Notes under the pieces: generated by a model | Databases searched by the model: none | Seen by the model: the letters and a program-made list of their open reading frames with translations, nothing else | What the model was told of the DNA's origin: nothing | Translations under genes and position numbers: made by a program | Source of the DNA: Adineta vaga | Lineage: Eukaryota > Animalia > Rotifera | Assembly (NCBI GenBank): GCA_021613535.1 | Contig: CP075495.1 | Location: 10,044,001 to 10,108,000 of the forward strand | Direction of reading: 5' to 3' | DNA: 64,000 nucleotides | In this document: positions 14,354-27,400 of the stretch, one piece after another | Layout: each line of letters starts with the position of its first letter | How positions within the stretch are numbered: position 1 is the stretch's first letter

Positions 14354-17300
14354 ATGTCTTCCGTAGCATATAAAAATGACATTCCACTTGATATTGATGA
14401 ATATGATTATGCAGGCGATGACAATGATGATATCAATAATGGACAAGTAGAAATGTATGATGATGATGAAGATAGTAATGATGAAGAGCAAAGAATTCGA
14501 AATAATCATGCAGAACGAAATAAAAGTCATACATCGTCAAATGATGAAGCAAATCTAATTGATTACGTGATTGAAGAAGAAAAAGAGATTGGTGGTATGA
14601 AAGGTGAAGATAGTTATTTAACAAGTCGATCAACGACGTATTCAAGGTATAAAAAGGAGTTTTTTTTTTATTTGAAGGTTTAGTTTTTATATTATAAATG
14701 ATGTTTACAATAGTTTAATCAGTGAAGGTGATGAAGAAGATGAAGAAGAAGATGAACAATCTCTTTCGAATGAAGTAATCAAAAGTAAAAAGCAAAAAAT
14801 CACGGCAAAAGAAGAAGGTCAAATGATTCGAGCACGAGCTTTTCTCAATCGACTTGATATGAAAGTACAAGGAAAAGAAGATGCAGTCAAACAACTTCGG
14901 TACATTCTTGACTATTTTCATAAAAATTTGTATTGACCAACTATTGTATCTAGTGAATCAATTTATTTAACCAAAGACAAAATTGCTAAAATGGAACAAA
15001 ATCGATTACAATTAGAAAATAATATCGCTCGTGCTCAAGATCAACAAAATGTGTAAGTCATCATCGATCATATACATTCAAATAGAGAGGAACATTATAC
15101 GTTGTTGTAGTACCATCGTCAATCGACTTCGTAGTGAATTAAATCGTGTTGAACATGAAATTATTCTTGAACACGATGTTCTCAAAGATCTTCACGACAA
15201 AGTTGATGTTGCAGAGTATGTAATATTGAATAATACTTTTTCTTTCAACTTTCATTGTTTATAGAATGGATCGAACCAAAGCGATTGTTGAACGAGGACG
15301 TTACAATGCTGAAGACAATATTCTTAAAGACAAAGAAGATATTTTAATTGAACAAAAACATTCCCTAGCACAACAACGTCAACGTCAAGAAGATTGGAAA
15401 GTTACTCAATTGAAACGAGCACATCAATCAACATTAAAGTATAGGATAAAAAAAACATCATTGTTAATTTTTATTCGTTAAAAAAACGTCAATATTTTCT
15501 ATAAATATAGTAATCAAAAACAAGCTCTTGAACAACAAGCTGCAGCACAACGATTTGCACTCGATGAAGCACGTCGAAGTAAAAAAGTAGCACATAAATA
15601 TTTACAACAAACATTTGAAAAGTAATGCACACACTATTTTTTTTTTCATCTATATAATCATTGAATTCATGTTTGCTTGTTTATTATATAGAATTCGTAC
15701 GGAAAAACGTAATGAAGAAGAAGCTAGTCGAGTAGAAACGGAAAGAAAAATTAAAAGTTTACTTAACCTACGAAATGCTATCGAACGTAATAAAGATGCT
15801 ATTACAATTAAACTAGCCCAAAAACGCGCACAAGAACGTGATCTACGTGATGCTCAAAAACGTGAACAACAGTCGATTGAAAATGAAGGACAGAATGGTT
15901 TATTCTATATGTTACGTAAAGAGAAAAATGAAAAATTAGAACAAATGCAAAAACGTTTTTCTGAACAGCAAGAACAAAATCGTTTAGTTATTGTGGATAA
16001 AATTCTCAAAGAAGAAAACGAAAAAGAGAGAAAACGTAAATTATATCCAGAATTTTACAAAACAAATAATAAATCATCCATGATGAGATCAAAAGATATT
16101 TCACAACCTAGTCAGTAAGTTAGATACATCTATTAACAAAAGAATCAATTATTGTTTTTCAATTATTTTATGTTGCAAACTCAATCTATTGATGAAGAAG
16201 AATCAACACCACCACCAGTGCCACAAATTATGCCAACATCACACTTAGATATTGATCCAATTGAATATGCATCATCAATGACATCAGCTTTTCAACATGA
16301 TGAATTCGATGATGGTAATATTTATCATTCTCTTGTTGATATCTTCAATGAAATGTATTCACTAGATATGGATGTTAATTTGGCTCAACCAGAATTTAAT
16401 GGATTATGGGATAAACAACCAGCTAAACAAGAAATTGATCCACTTTTCAATCGTTCGAAACATTGGAAAACAAAAATGGATAAAGTAAGATTTCATTATC
16501 TTAGCAACATCGTTCTATTGAAAATAAAATTCTGTTTTTCTTTTCGAAAGGATATTTTACAACGAACATTAGCTAGATTAAAAGAAAATGTTGTTCGTGA
16601 ACAAGTCGTTGGTACAAAACGTTATGAAGGAACTGTACCATTTAAAAGTGATCCAACAGAAATTTATTTCAAAGTTTGTATAAAAAAATAGAGTTAATCC
16701 ATGGAAAAATAGGATATATTTCTATTTATGTAGGATTTCGATGTAGGAAAGATTTATCGAACTCGAGTGACCTTAACAAATGTGACATTGACAATTAATA
16801 CATTAAAAATAGTCGATCTATCGGAATCACTAAAAGATTTCATTACACTCAAGTAAGATTTTATTTTTATTCTGATAATTTACTAGTTTGTTTGTTCATA
16901 GATTTGAACCACCAGGAATGATTTCGGCTGGAATGTCTTGTTATCTTTCTGTGACTTTCGAACCAAAAGTAAACAAAATTTTATATTGTTCCGTTTTTAA
17001 TATGTTTTGTATCTTTAGATCAATGAAAATCTTCGAGGTGAAATTAAATTTCTTGCGCAAACAGGCATGTTTACTGTTCCAATTCGTTGTGAAATCAAAA
17101 AAGTTGAGGTAAATAATAAAAAACAATCAACAAGTACAGATCACATTAATATTTAGTTGTCATTGGATAAAACGTCGGTTAATGTTGGAACAACAGTTGT
17201 TGATGAACGTCTTCATCAAAGTATTACCTTACGTAATGATGGTGGATTAGGTACTAATTATCGTTTGATCAAAACAAGTTTATTACGTAGTGAACAAGCA

Positions 17301-20300
17301 GAAAATGAAAAAGAACAAAAGAAAACTACAGAGTCAACAACAACATCATCATCAGAAAAACAACCTACACCTGTATCAGGTATGATAAAAACTAATTTCA
17401 TACGAAAAATAATCATTTTATTGTTTTCAGATGTAACAGATTTAGTTCAAAAAGAATACGTTGAAGTTTTTACTATAAAAACTGCTGAAAAGAGTTTTCT
17501 TGCGCCTCATTCATCGATTACATTTCCAATTGAATTTAGTGCTCCTATTGCTGGTACTTTTCATGAAGAATATTCACTTGTATTCGATCAAAATCATCCC
17601 GAAGTATGACACTATTAATATTTACTCGTAACGACATTTTTTTTCTCGTTATTTTTTTTAGTTGAAATTTTCGGTTAATGCTCAATCAATTGATGTACCT
17701 GTTTGGATTGAAAATCCATCGACTGAATTTAAAATTTGTATGTTCGATCGTTTATATCAAGATGCACTTGTTCTTCGTAATCGAAGTTCAGCTGCACTTC
17801 GTGTATCCGTTGATATACAACCACGTGCTTTACAAAATCATATTGAAATTGTTCCACGTACAGCTTATATTCAAGCAAAATCTAGTTTTAGTTTACAAAT
17901 TAAATTAATTGCACGTCCATCCATTGTTGATGACAACTTACCTCTTGAAATATTTGATCCAACATATAATACATTGATTGTTCCACTAGAAATTAAAGTA
18001 GCTGATCAAATTCGAACAGTCCCATTCAGTATAAGTGCTGTATTAACAACAAGTGATGTACAATTTGATGTTGAACATATCGATTTTGGATGTTGTACAA
18101 CAACAGAAAGTGTTGTAGCAAAGATACATCTAAAAAATCATTCATTATTAGCACAACCATTTGGATTTGTCAATCTTCCTGATGTAAGTCATTTCTCTAT
18201 ATAAATGTTTAAAACAAAACTTGTCATCATGTTTATTTCTATTTTCTTCATTCTAGTATATTCAAGTACAACCAAATGATGGTTTTGGTACTCTATTACC
18301 TGAAGAAACTGTTCCCTTACATGTTCTCTTCAGTCCATCAGCAACCAAAGAATATCGATGTACACTTACATGTAAATCATTAATTAATCGGTAAATCAAA
18401 ATTTCTTATCATTGATTTGAATAATTATTTTCTTCTAGTGAATTTACTCTCGATTGTCAAGGTGTTGGTGTTTTACCACCACTCTCTCTATCATCGACTG
18501 TCATTCATTTTCCAGCTACACCAATTAGTGATCAATCTCTAGCTACTTTTTATGTTGATAATCGACATTTGGATAAAAATCATTTTCGACATCCAGTACC
18601 ACGTATTGGAAATGGTATAAGAATCATTTCTCTAATCATATAAAAATGAAAATATGATTATTTAGGTGAATTTGCTCCTGTTGGTCCTACATCTTTTCAA
18701 TTTGATGTACCAGAAAATGCTCCGATTACAATTTCACCACTTGTCGGTACTGTTGAACCTGGAACTGTACGTGCTCTACAATTCTTGTTTTCTGGTCTTG
18801 TACCTTATTGATTGTATTTTTATAATAAAACTTTAGAGACAAAAAATAACAGTTCGACTAGCACCGAAATTAGATCCAAATGATATACGTGCTGAATCAA
18901 TTCGTATGAAAGAAATTGAATTAAGACGACAAATGGATGGAAAAGATTCACCAAATAAAGGCGAAGTATGAAAATCAAATGTTTTCATCAATTTTTTTCT
19001 AAATAAAACATTTTTTAGTCGAAACATAAATCAACAGGTTCTACCTCTCGACGACGTGATACAACTGGTAGTTTAAGTGGTGATAATATTTCCCCTGCTC
19101 CAGAACAGTAAATCACAACTGTTCATTGTTTTCTAATTATATTCTTTAATTATATAAATATTTAGTTCAAATGATTGGTCAATAGCTCAATTATCTGTGA
19201 TGAAATCGTTTACATCATCACTTTGTTCTTTTCTTATTCCATGTTACGTTGCACCGGGCGAATGTCATCGAGCCGGTATATTAAATTATGAGTAAGAATA
19301 ATTCTACATTATTTTTCATTTGATTGATTAGTATATCATTAGTGTTGCAAATACCCTATTTCTTCAAGTTCATTGTCCAATTGTTCGACCAGAACTGATT
19401 GTCATATCTGATTATGGACAAACAACGATTGATTTTGGTTCGGCATCAATGGGACAAGAATTATCTCGAACAGTTCTTGTACAAAATATAACGAATAAAC
19501 CAATTCAGGTAAGTTTTACAGCAAGAATCAATTTGTTTCGAGATTTCTTTTCATATGAATGCGCATTATTTAGTTACACAGTACTCTATTGAATATTGGT
19601 GGACCATTTCGATTATTGAATGCTCTACGAAGAATGGAACCAGGTGGTACAGCACCAATTAAATTAACATTTACACCAAATGCAACTATAGAGGTTTGTT
19701 TCAAACATATAACAATAAGATCAATGATATGATTAACGAATATGTTTACAATAGTTTTTAGAAACACTGGAATTGAATAGTGAAAGTTCAAAATCAACAT
19801 TATGTTTAAAAGGTAGGAAACTTGTTAATATTTCGAAATGAGTTTTGAAAATTGATTATATCAGGTGTCGGTCTAAAACCAAATGTTCAATTGTCATTTG
19901 ATACAAGCAATCCATTTTCAATGGGATGTGTGTTAGCTAAAGATCATATTGAAAAAACATTTCAGGTAAGATCAAATATACGATGGTATTTTAATGAATT
20001 ACTTACTGCTGCAGTTCTTATCGATAAAATTAAATGTTTATCTATCTTTTCGAAGATGTAAGCAGAGTTGAAAAGACTCGTTTACCTTCTGTAGATATCT
20101 TTCCTTTCTTTTTCTTTCGCTAGTTTGTTCTCTATCAATAGTCGTATATTTATTTTTTTTACTCGAAAACATCAGTTGTTAATTAGTCTTTTACATCTAT
20201 ATACCCAAAGGAATACTACAGGTGCACTTTTTCGTTAAATAAAGCTACATCGATGACAGTTTTCACTCTAACCTTATGCTTATTACTTCTATGCACCTAT

Positions 20301-22772
20301 TTACTTACCTGTCGTTATTTTCGTTTTCGTCGTCTCAAATACATCTTCGATCGATATAGTCATACTGCTCTTGATTACCATACAGGACTTGAAATAAGTC
20401 AATTAACATGTTTTTGGGAAATGCCTTATCTTACTGGCTTGTCTATCTCATTCGCTCTATTCAAAACCTATGGTATACCTAGTGTTTCACGATTACTTGT
20501 TCAAACTGATCAATTAGCTCGGTTAGATATAGCTGGTCGTCGAGCAGAAGATACAGGCGTACTTCTTGCTGAATGTTTCGAAAATGATCTAGATTCTTCT
20601 CGAGCTCGAATGGCATTAGCACGTATTAATTACCTGCATAATATGTATAGGAATCGAATCAGTAATGATGATATGCTTTATACACTTAGTTTATTTGTGT
20701 TCGAACCTTGTCGGTGGGCAGAGAGATTTGACTGGAGATCTCTTACGACTATTGAAATCGAAGCACGGTTCATATTTTGGAAAGAAATGGGTGCACGAAT
20801 GAGTATAGAAAATATTCCATTGACAATGAAAGAACTAGAAGATTGGTCAGTTGACTATGAAATTAAACATATGATCTATTCGAAAGACAATCAAATATGT
20901 GGAGAAGCAACATTAGCATTATTACTTTCAGTATATCCAAAATGTTTGCAAAAGTTTGTTCGAAAAGTTTTAATATCATTAATTGATGAAAGACTTCGTT
21001 TATCCATGGGTTTTGAAGAGCCATCTAATTGGATAAAACAATTAACACTTTTGTTATTTCGTTTTCGAGCTTTTCTTCTCTTACATTGTGCATTACCACG
21101 TATTTATCCAGATAATTACGGTCAAGCATCTAAATTTTGTCCAATGACTGAAAAGAACAGATATCAGCGAACGGGATACTTTTTTGAACCGTGGTATGTG
21201 AAAGAAACATGGTTCAATCAGATATTTTTATTTCATGGAAAACGACCAAGTTCTAAATATCGAAGTGAAGGATTCAAAGTCGAAGAACTTGGACCAGAAA
21301 AGTTCGCTGGTAAAGGTGTTGAAATCTTAATAAAAGATGCAGAAAAAATGAAACAAAGAGCTATTGGTCAAAAGAAATACTAATTCTTTTTATTTGTGTT
21401 CATTGTGTACTTAATAAGACGTGGAAGAAAAAAGCTTTTTTTATCTTATTTATTTTTTAAATTATAAAACAAATTTCTATTTTTCTTTAGATTATCAATC
21501 AATCAGAAACTCAAGTGACATTTCGAGTTGATCTAGCCAGTCAACATGTACATAATCGAACTGAACAAGAAAATAAAAATGTCTGGGGTTCTACATTTGA
21601 TTCTAATAAATATACGATTGGTAAGTCATGCATCGTACTGGTTCATTTGATTCATGAATAAATACAATTGTAAGGTCCACAAAACTTAACTGGTCGATCT
21701 GTATTTGATATAACTCCACTAAATGGAGTTATTCCAGCTGGTAGCAAAAAACAATTAACTGTAATATTTAGTCCAGATCATGATTCGGATTTCTTTTCGG
21801 ATCTTGTTCGTATTACTATATCAGATCAGGTCTGTTTAGAGAAAGAACACTTAAAAATTTGTATCATATACTCATAATTAATTTATTATAGCCTGTAAAA
21901 CTAGAATTTCGTTTACGTGGTAGTGGTCGTCAAAATACTATGTTCATACGGCCATTGGATAATGCAAATGTCGTACAAAAAAGTCTTCTACCAAATATTA
22001 GTGATATGGTAACAACACAAATGCAAACAATTGGTTAGAACTAATTTAGTGCAAAAGTTTTGTTTAGAACTGAGTCTATGCGTAATTTTTAGATCCGACG
22101 GAAAAAGGAATGCCAAATAATATTGTTGTTTTACTTTGTGCACAAATGGTTGCTGGAAAATATGTACCTGCTCATCGTGAATTGATGATTGGTTGTGCAG
22201 CATCGAGTGGATCTAAACGAGTATCTTGAAAACAAATTTTTTAATATTAGGATAAAGATTAATATAATTTTGATTTTTAGAATGGTGATTATTCATTTGA
22301 TAATATGAAAGATATTAATAATGAGGGTTTTACTGTCGATAGTCCAAAAGTAAATATTTCAGTATATTTCGAAAAATATGCAACTTTTTCAAATTGAATC
22401 TATAGAGTTCAGTAGAAATGGGAACAGAAAAGGCGGTGAAAATTACTTGGACACCACCATCTAATTTTGATGTAAGTTTTTCCATGAATCTTTCTGACGA
22501 AAAAATTATTGATTAATTTGATGTTCCACTAGCCTAATGAAGCTTGTCGAGCAACAGTAACTGTTACAACTAAAGGTGATGTAACACGAACATGGCGTGT
22601 TATTTTAATTGGTTATGTTGATCCAGCTTCACTTTCTGATAAACGATTACCACGACCAACTAAATATCGTTCGACTATCACCACGGGTACTCGTTCAAAT
22701 GCATCAGTAACTGGTGCAAGTCAAATACTCACATTACAAGAATCTATACAAGAAAATGAGAACACAACATAA
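14354..22772 (+). CDS. CFAP74: Cilia- and flagella-associated protein 74, many short-intron exons
   Basis: N-terminal coiled coil then ASH/Ig-like domains. FKSDPTEIYFKDFDVGKIYR..FEPPGMISAGMSC..FLAQTG, CMFDRLYQD, VQPNDGFGTLLPEE and VIFSPDH match CFAP74. Confidence 0.92.
20253..21383 (+). CDS. ER-bound oxygenase MpaB/DUF2236-family protein, intronless, nested in CFAP74 intron 19966-21490
   Basis: 376-aa ORF with an N-terminal TM anchor and FALFKTYGIPSVSRLL, RRAEDT, ALARINYLH, ISNDDMLYTLSLF.FEP.RW, GFKVEELGPEKF.GKG, as in fungal MpaB-like proteins. Confidence 0.85.
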   Translation: MTVFTLTLCLLLLCTYLLTCRYFRFRRLKYIFDRYSHTALDYHTGLEISQLTCFWEMPYLTGLSISFALFKTYGIPSVSRLLVQTDQLARLDIAGRRAEDTGVLLAECFENDLDSSRARMALARINYLHNMYRNRISNDDMLYTLSLFVFEPCRWAERFDWRSLTTIEIEARFIFWKEMGARMSIENIPLTMKELEDWSVDYEIKHMIYSKDNQICGEATLALLLSVYPKCLQKFVRKVLISLIDERLRLSMGFEEPSNWIKQLTLLLFRFRAFLLLHCALPRIYPDNYGQASKFCPMTEKNRYQRTGYFFEPWYVKETWFNQIFLFHGKRPSSKYRSEGFKVEELGPEKFAGKGVEILIKDAEKMKQRAIGQKKY

Positions 22773-23261
22773 GCGATTGTATTGTTTCTTTTTTATAGTA
22801 TAAATATTTAATAAAAATTGAAATTAAAATATTAATAATATAAAAGTTATTCGTGGTCAAATATTTGATTTACTTATTAGGGAACAAAATAGTTTGCATT
22901 AGTCATCGTTGTCTCAATGTTTCAGTAATCTTCGTATCTAATTCACCTGAGGCATCTTTACGATGACGTGGGTAGTGTACTTGAGCAAAACATAAGAGAA
23001 GCAATCGAAAATTATGAATGGCAACCAATATTCAAAGGTCTTATTATTTTCTCTTTTGCTATTATCATATTTTATAAATGACTAATTCAATCAGAAAATC
23101 ATGTTAGCCGTTTTTTTTATTCGATAAAGCATTAAATATGTAAGTTTTATTCGATAAAATATATGCATATAGAGTTCTAAAAGATGAATACTAAAAGGTA
23201 AATAAAGCGAAGAGTTTTTTTTAATATTTAATGAATGATTATTTGGAATGTATCTATTTGT

Positions 23262-24098
23262 TTATTCTTCTTCTTCTTCTTTGTCCTGTTCACCGGCTTC
23301 ATCAGCATTCTCACCATCTTCATCACCACCTTGTTCTTCGTTCCCAGCATCAGCTTCATTTTCATCGTTGCCCGTTGGATTTGAATTATCAGGTTGAACA
23401 GAAGAATCATTATTACCATCACCATCTTTTTCGACTATCCATGTCGTTTTTCCATCTTCATCCGATTGATTTTGTAATGTAAATCCATTTTGAAGCAGAA
23501 TATCCAGAACACGTTGTGAACCTTCTTGACAGAGTACTCCATCTTCATGATCGGATAGGAATTCATTCGTTAAACTTTCTTGTAGAATACGAATCTATGA
23601 AGAATTAATTTAACCAATCAAAAATATATGATCAATATTCAACTTGAGAAGTTGTCGTTCTTTCTTTTTTTTCTGTATATTTCTGTTGTATTACGGAGTA
23701 TAAAAATATGATTATTGAATATAAGAATCTCGAGGGAAATTGTTTTATTATTATTCAGTTACACTATCAGATATGGAAAATAATATCAACGATCGATCTA
23801 ATTTTTTTTTGACTAATAGAAAATTCACTCATTGGTGATACTTTATAACGAGAAAAATGTGTTAAAATAACAATGTTCACTAATGGAAAGCATCATCAAA
23901 CTATCCGTGTAGTTTTGACTTCATTTTTCGTAAAATTTTGCTACTCATATTCATCTGATGATTTCATAATTTTGCTTCTCTTCGTGTACCTACCACTTCG
24001 GGTGAAATTTTGTAATGTTCAACACCAGTTGAATGAATTAATACAGGACCAGTTTCAGTTTTATCCGAATCACATGATAAAGTTAGTTTAAGTGCCAT
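23262..24098 (-). CDS. Small GFRP-like (GTP cyclohydrolase I feedback regulator fold) protein with acidic tail
   Basis: Spliced: MALKLTLSCDSDKTETGPVLI..ISPEV|IRILQ..SQRVLDILLQNGFTLQNQSDEDGKTTWIVEK plus a D/E-rich tail. Resembles GFRP EVGPTMV..PELMQHL..RIVLDKLERRGF..WCLHK. Confidence 0.5.
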
Positions 24099-24484
24099 GA
24101 TTTCTCTCGATTGTATGAAACTTCCTCTTCGTCTGCTTGTACCAAAATGCAAATGTCTCTGTGACTTTCCTTCTTCCGATCCACTGATATATATATATAT
24201 ATAGTGAGAGAGAACGAGAGCGAGCACGAGCAAGATCTGTAGTTTTTTTTCTCGTTTTTTTTCCCTCAGAAGACAAACTCACGCGTAGAAGAAAAAAAAA
24301 GAACTCATCATAATACGTAAAAAGCCGGCACTACAACAAGAAACAACATCAAGCATAAAAGAGAGTAAAAGTATAGAATAAGACAACGTATAAAAAATAG
24401 AATAACCAAACAGACAAAAAGAAAAGAATTGGACGGAGAATTAGAGAATAAAATCATTCACGAAAACATTGATAATTATTCGTA

Positions 24485-27400
24485 TTAATCATCATCATCA
24501 TCATTGTTATTATTATTATAATTTTTGTAGGAATTATTGGACGGCAAAAGACGAAATGGACCTATAAAAATATTATTTAATCTATGTTCTTACAGAATAA
24601 CCTTTGAACTACTTACTGTCGTGATCATCATCATCATCATCCTGTTTTTCATCAACTTCTCGATGATTATAGTGATTGGAAATGATTGGTTTCGATTTTT
24701 TGCTTGATTTATAAGATGCTATGAAGAACGAGAGCAAGAAAAGTAAAAGATATTTTCGAAAAATATGAACATAAAACATACAATCTGGTGAATTACTACG
24801 ATCTGTTATTGAGCTTGATGAAACTAGAGAGCCACCCTTTTCTAAGCGTTCACATAATGTTTGAATACGTTTTTTTAATCTGCTTATATCCATATTTGCT
24901 GTTGAATTTCCAATGGTATTGGATGTTGTACCCAGATCAGTATTTTTCGAACGTGCAAGCACAGTACGTAAGGCATAATTGACCGCTGCATCTACAGTTT
25001 CTTCCCAACCCTAGAATACAATCGGCAATATATCGATGTATGCATAGAAAAAGCAATCCTTTTGAAAATTAACATCATCTTTTATCTATTTTGAGTTTTT
25101 AATTTAAGTTTTAGAGAGCTGGTTTATTTCTTATTGATCAAGTTTGATTGGAAATTCTATAGAAGTTCGTCGTCTATCCGTATTTCGTAGCTTTTTATTT
25201 TTGTTCGTACTCAAAAACAAACTATGTTCCTAGAGTACGAACTGTAGACAATGAAATTCTTCGATAGCTTTGAGATCGACAAAATGTCGTTTTATCGATC
25301 CCTGGGAATAAGAAATAATTAGCTCTTTTGAGAGAGACAGAGAAACAGAAAAGGAACTGAAGCAATATTATATATTCAAAACGAAGCATCGCTCTGATGA
25401 TCTTATTTTACAATGAATAAGAATGTACGAAACTCATAATCGAACTCATAAACTTTATTTTAATTCAAGTTTCATCGATGTAAACAAAAGTGTCTGCTAA
25501 TATGAAATCTATGCTAACACTTCGAATGAATATACATTTGATTAGGCAATTATTTCTGTTGAATTGCCGACTATGTAGTGTTTATAATCAGAGCATACTG
25601 CTCATATTCCCTTATATACTCGTGCTTTTTGTTCTATGAGAACGGATGAAAATTGAATTTATTTAATTAATGAAAAAAATTCAAGGATATATTCAGTTTC
25701 ATGTCTAACTTACTTGTTCATTGTCATCTGATATAACAGGTGAAAGAATCGCATTAAGTAATTGCGTATTCTCGTTTGATAAATTCACGCTAATTTTTAA
25801 AAGATGACAAATAAGTTTCGTTGCACATGATAAATCATGTGAAGCACGATTTAATTCATAACGACGTTGTTCATATCGATTAGCTAATGCAAGAATCTAA
25901 AATTTTTACAATGAAATCATTTCATTATATGTTTTTCTTCTTCTCTCTTGAAGTTTTCTACGCTAACCTGTTGATTGGTGTTTTCTAATAAAACATCGAG
26001 ATTATCCAGTAATGTTGGTGTTTTATCTTTAAATTTATTTAATAAACGTTTTTGTATGGCACGAAATTGTTTTGAACAAAGATCTAATGTTGAATTGATT
26101 TGTTCACATTCGACACGTAATTCATAATGACGATCGATTAATAAGAAATATTCATTTAATGGTAATGGTTCACCAAATTCAAATTCAATTGTCGGTGATG
26201 ATGAATGTAATCTTTCAATAAGTAAATTACAAAATAACCAGATACTAGCAAGAGAATCAGATTGAAAACGATATTTTTCTAGAGAAAAGAAATTTTATTT
26301 TTATTATTGATAAATAAATTAAAATGATATATTTACGTGATTTTGATGAAGCTAAGATGGAAATACTTTCATTTGAACCATAGAATCGAGTAGTTAGACC
26401 TTGTTGTTGATTGCTATCGCCAGATGATAGTTCTAACAAATAAGTTTTTATTTTCTTCTATATTTTGAAGAGTAAAACGAAAGCAAAACTTTCTTACCAG
26501 GAAAGAGTGTATTCATGTCAACTACAGGTTTATTAGCGCCTAAGGTTATTTTGCATTGACTACCAGTGGCAGTTGATGTTGCTTGTTGAAATGAACGTGC
26601 AACTAGTTTTAATGGTAATTTATACGCCTTTTGAATTGTGTGACAAACATCTAAATATTAAGAAGATTTTTATTAATCATTCATTTCATATTATTCTTAA
26701 AAAATGAAAAAAATTTTCTTACTATCTGACATTGTATTGTAAGAGATCGTAAATGTCGCTTCGAGACTCCATGGTGTAAGATCTTCTCTCATCCAAAATT
26801 CAATCGTTCCTGTACCAACAGCAGCAGTACCTGAAAATCAATTTGACGTTTTATATTCAATATTATGATAAATCAAATACGAACCACCAATATGACCCAT
26901 TCGAATTTCATTAGGTTGTGCACATAGAGGACTGTTGACATGAACAGTAAGAAGAACATTTTGAATGGCTTCATTACTTTTTACACGAACATTTAAATTT
27001 AATGTTGGTACATTTGATTCAACATCACTTCTTTGAAATCGTGTCTCATCTGTCATCTAAATAAAGAATTCATTTATAAAACTCAATTCGTTTTTCTTTA
27101 CTAATACGTACAGAATATTGATGAGAATCTTCAATTTGAATGATAACTTGTGCATTTGCTCTTCGTTTCACTACCAAAGCTAAATACCAAAAATTTCCAT
27201 GATATCAACAATAAACAATTTCCAATAAATTGTTATTCTTACCTGGATCATTCATTGCTTGTTTGATTTGTTTATTTAATTTTGATAATTGTTCTTCAGC
27301 ATCTTGTACATTAATCATTGTACTTGGCATTATTGTTGGAATAGATGTTGAAACAGGATCCGTACCCAAATAACAACATTGTAAAAAACCTGTTTCACTC

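Noticed and set aside
25012-25711. Unusually long BBS9 intron as a possible snoRNA or nested-gene host
   Set aside because: No properly placed C/D or H/ACA boxes and no ORF seen on the sense strand.
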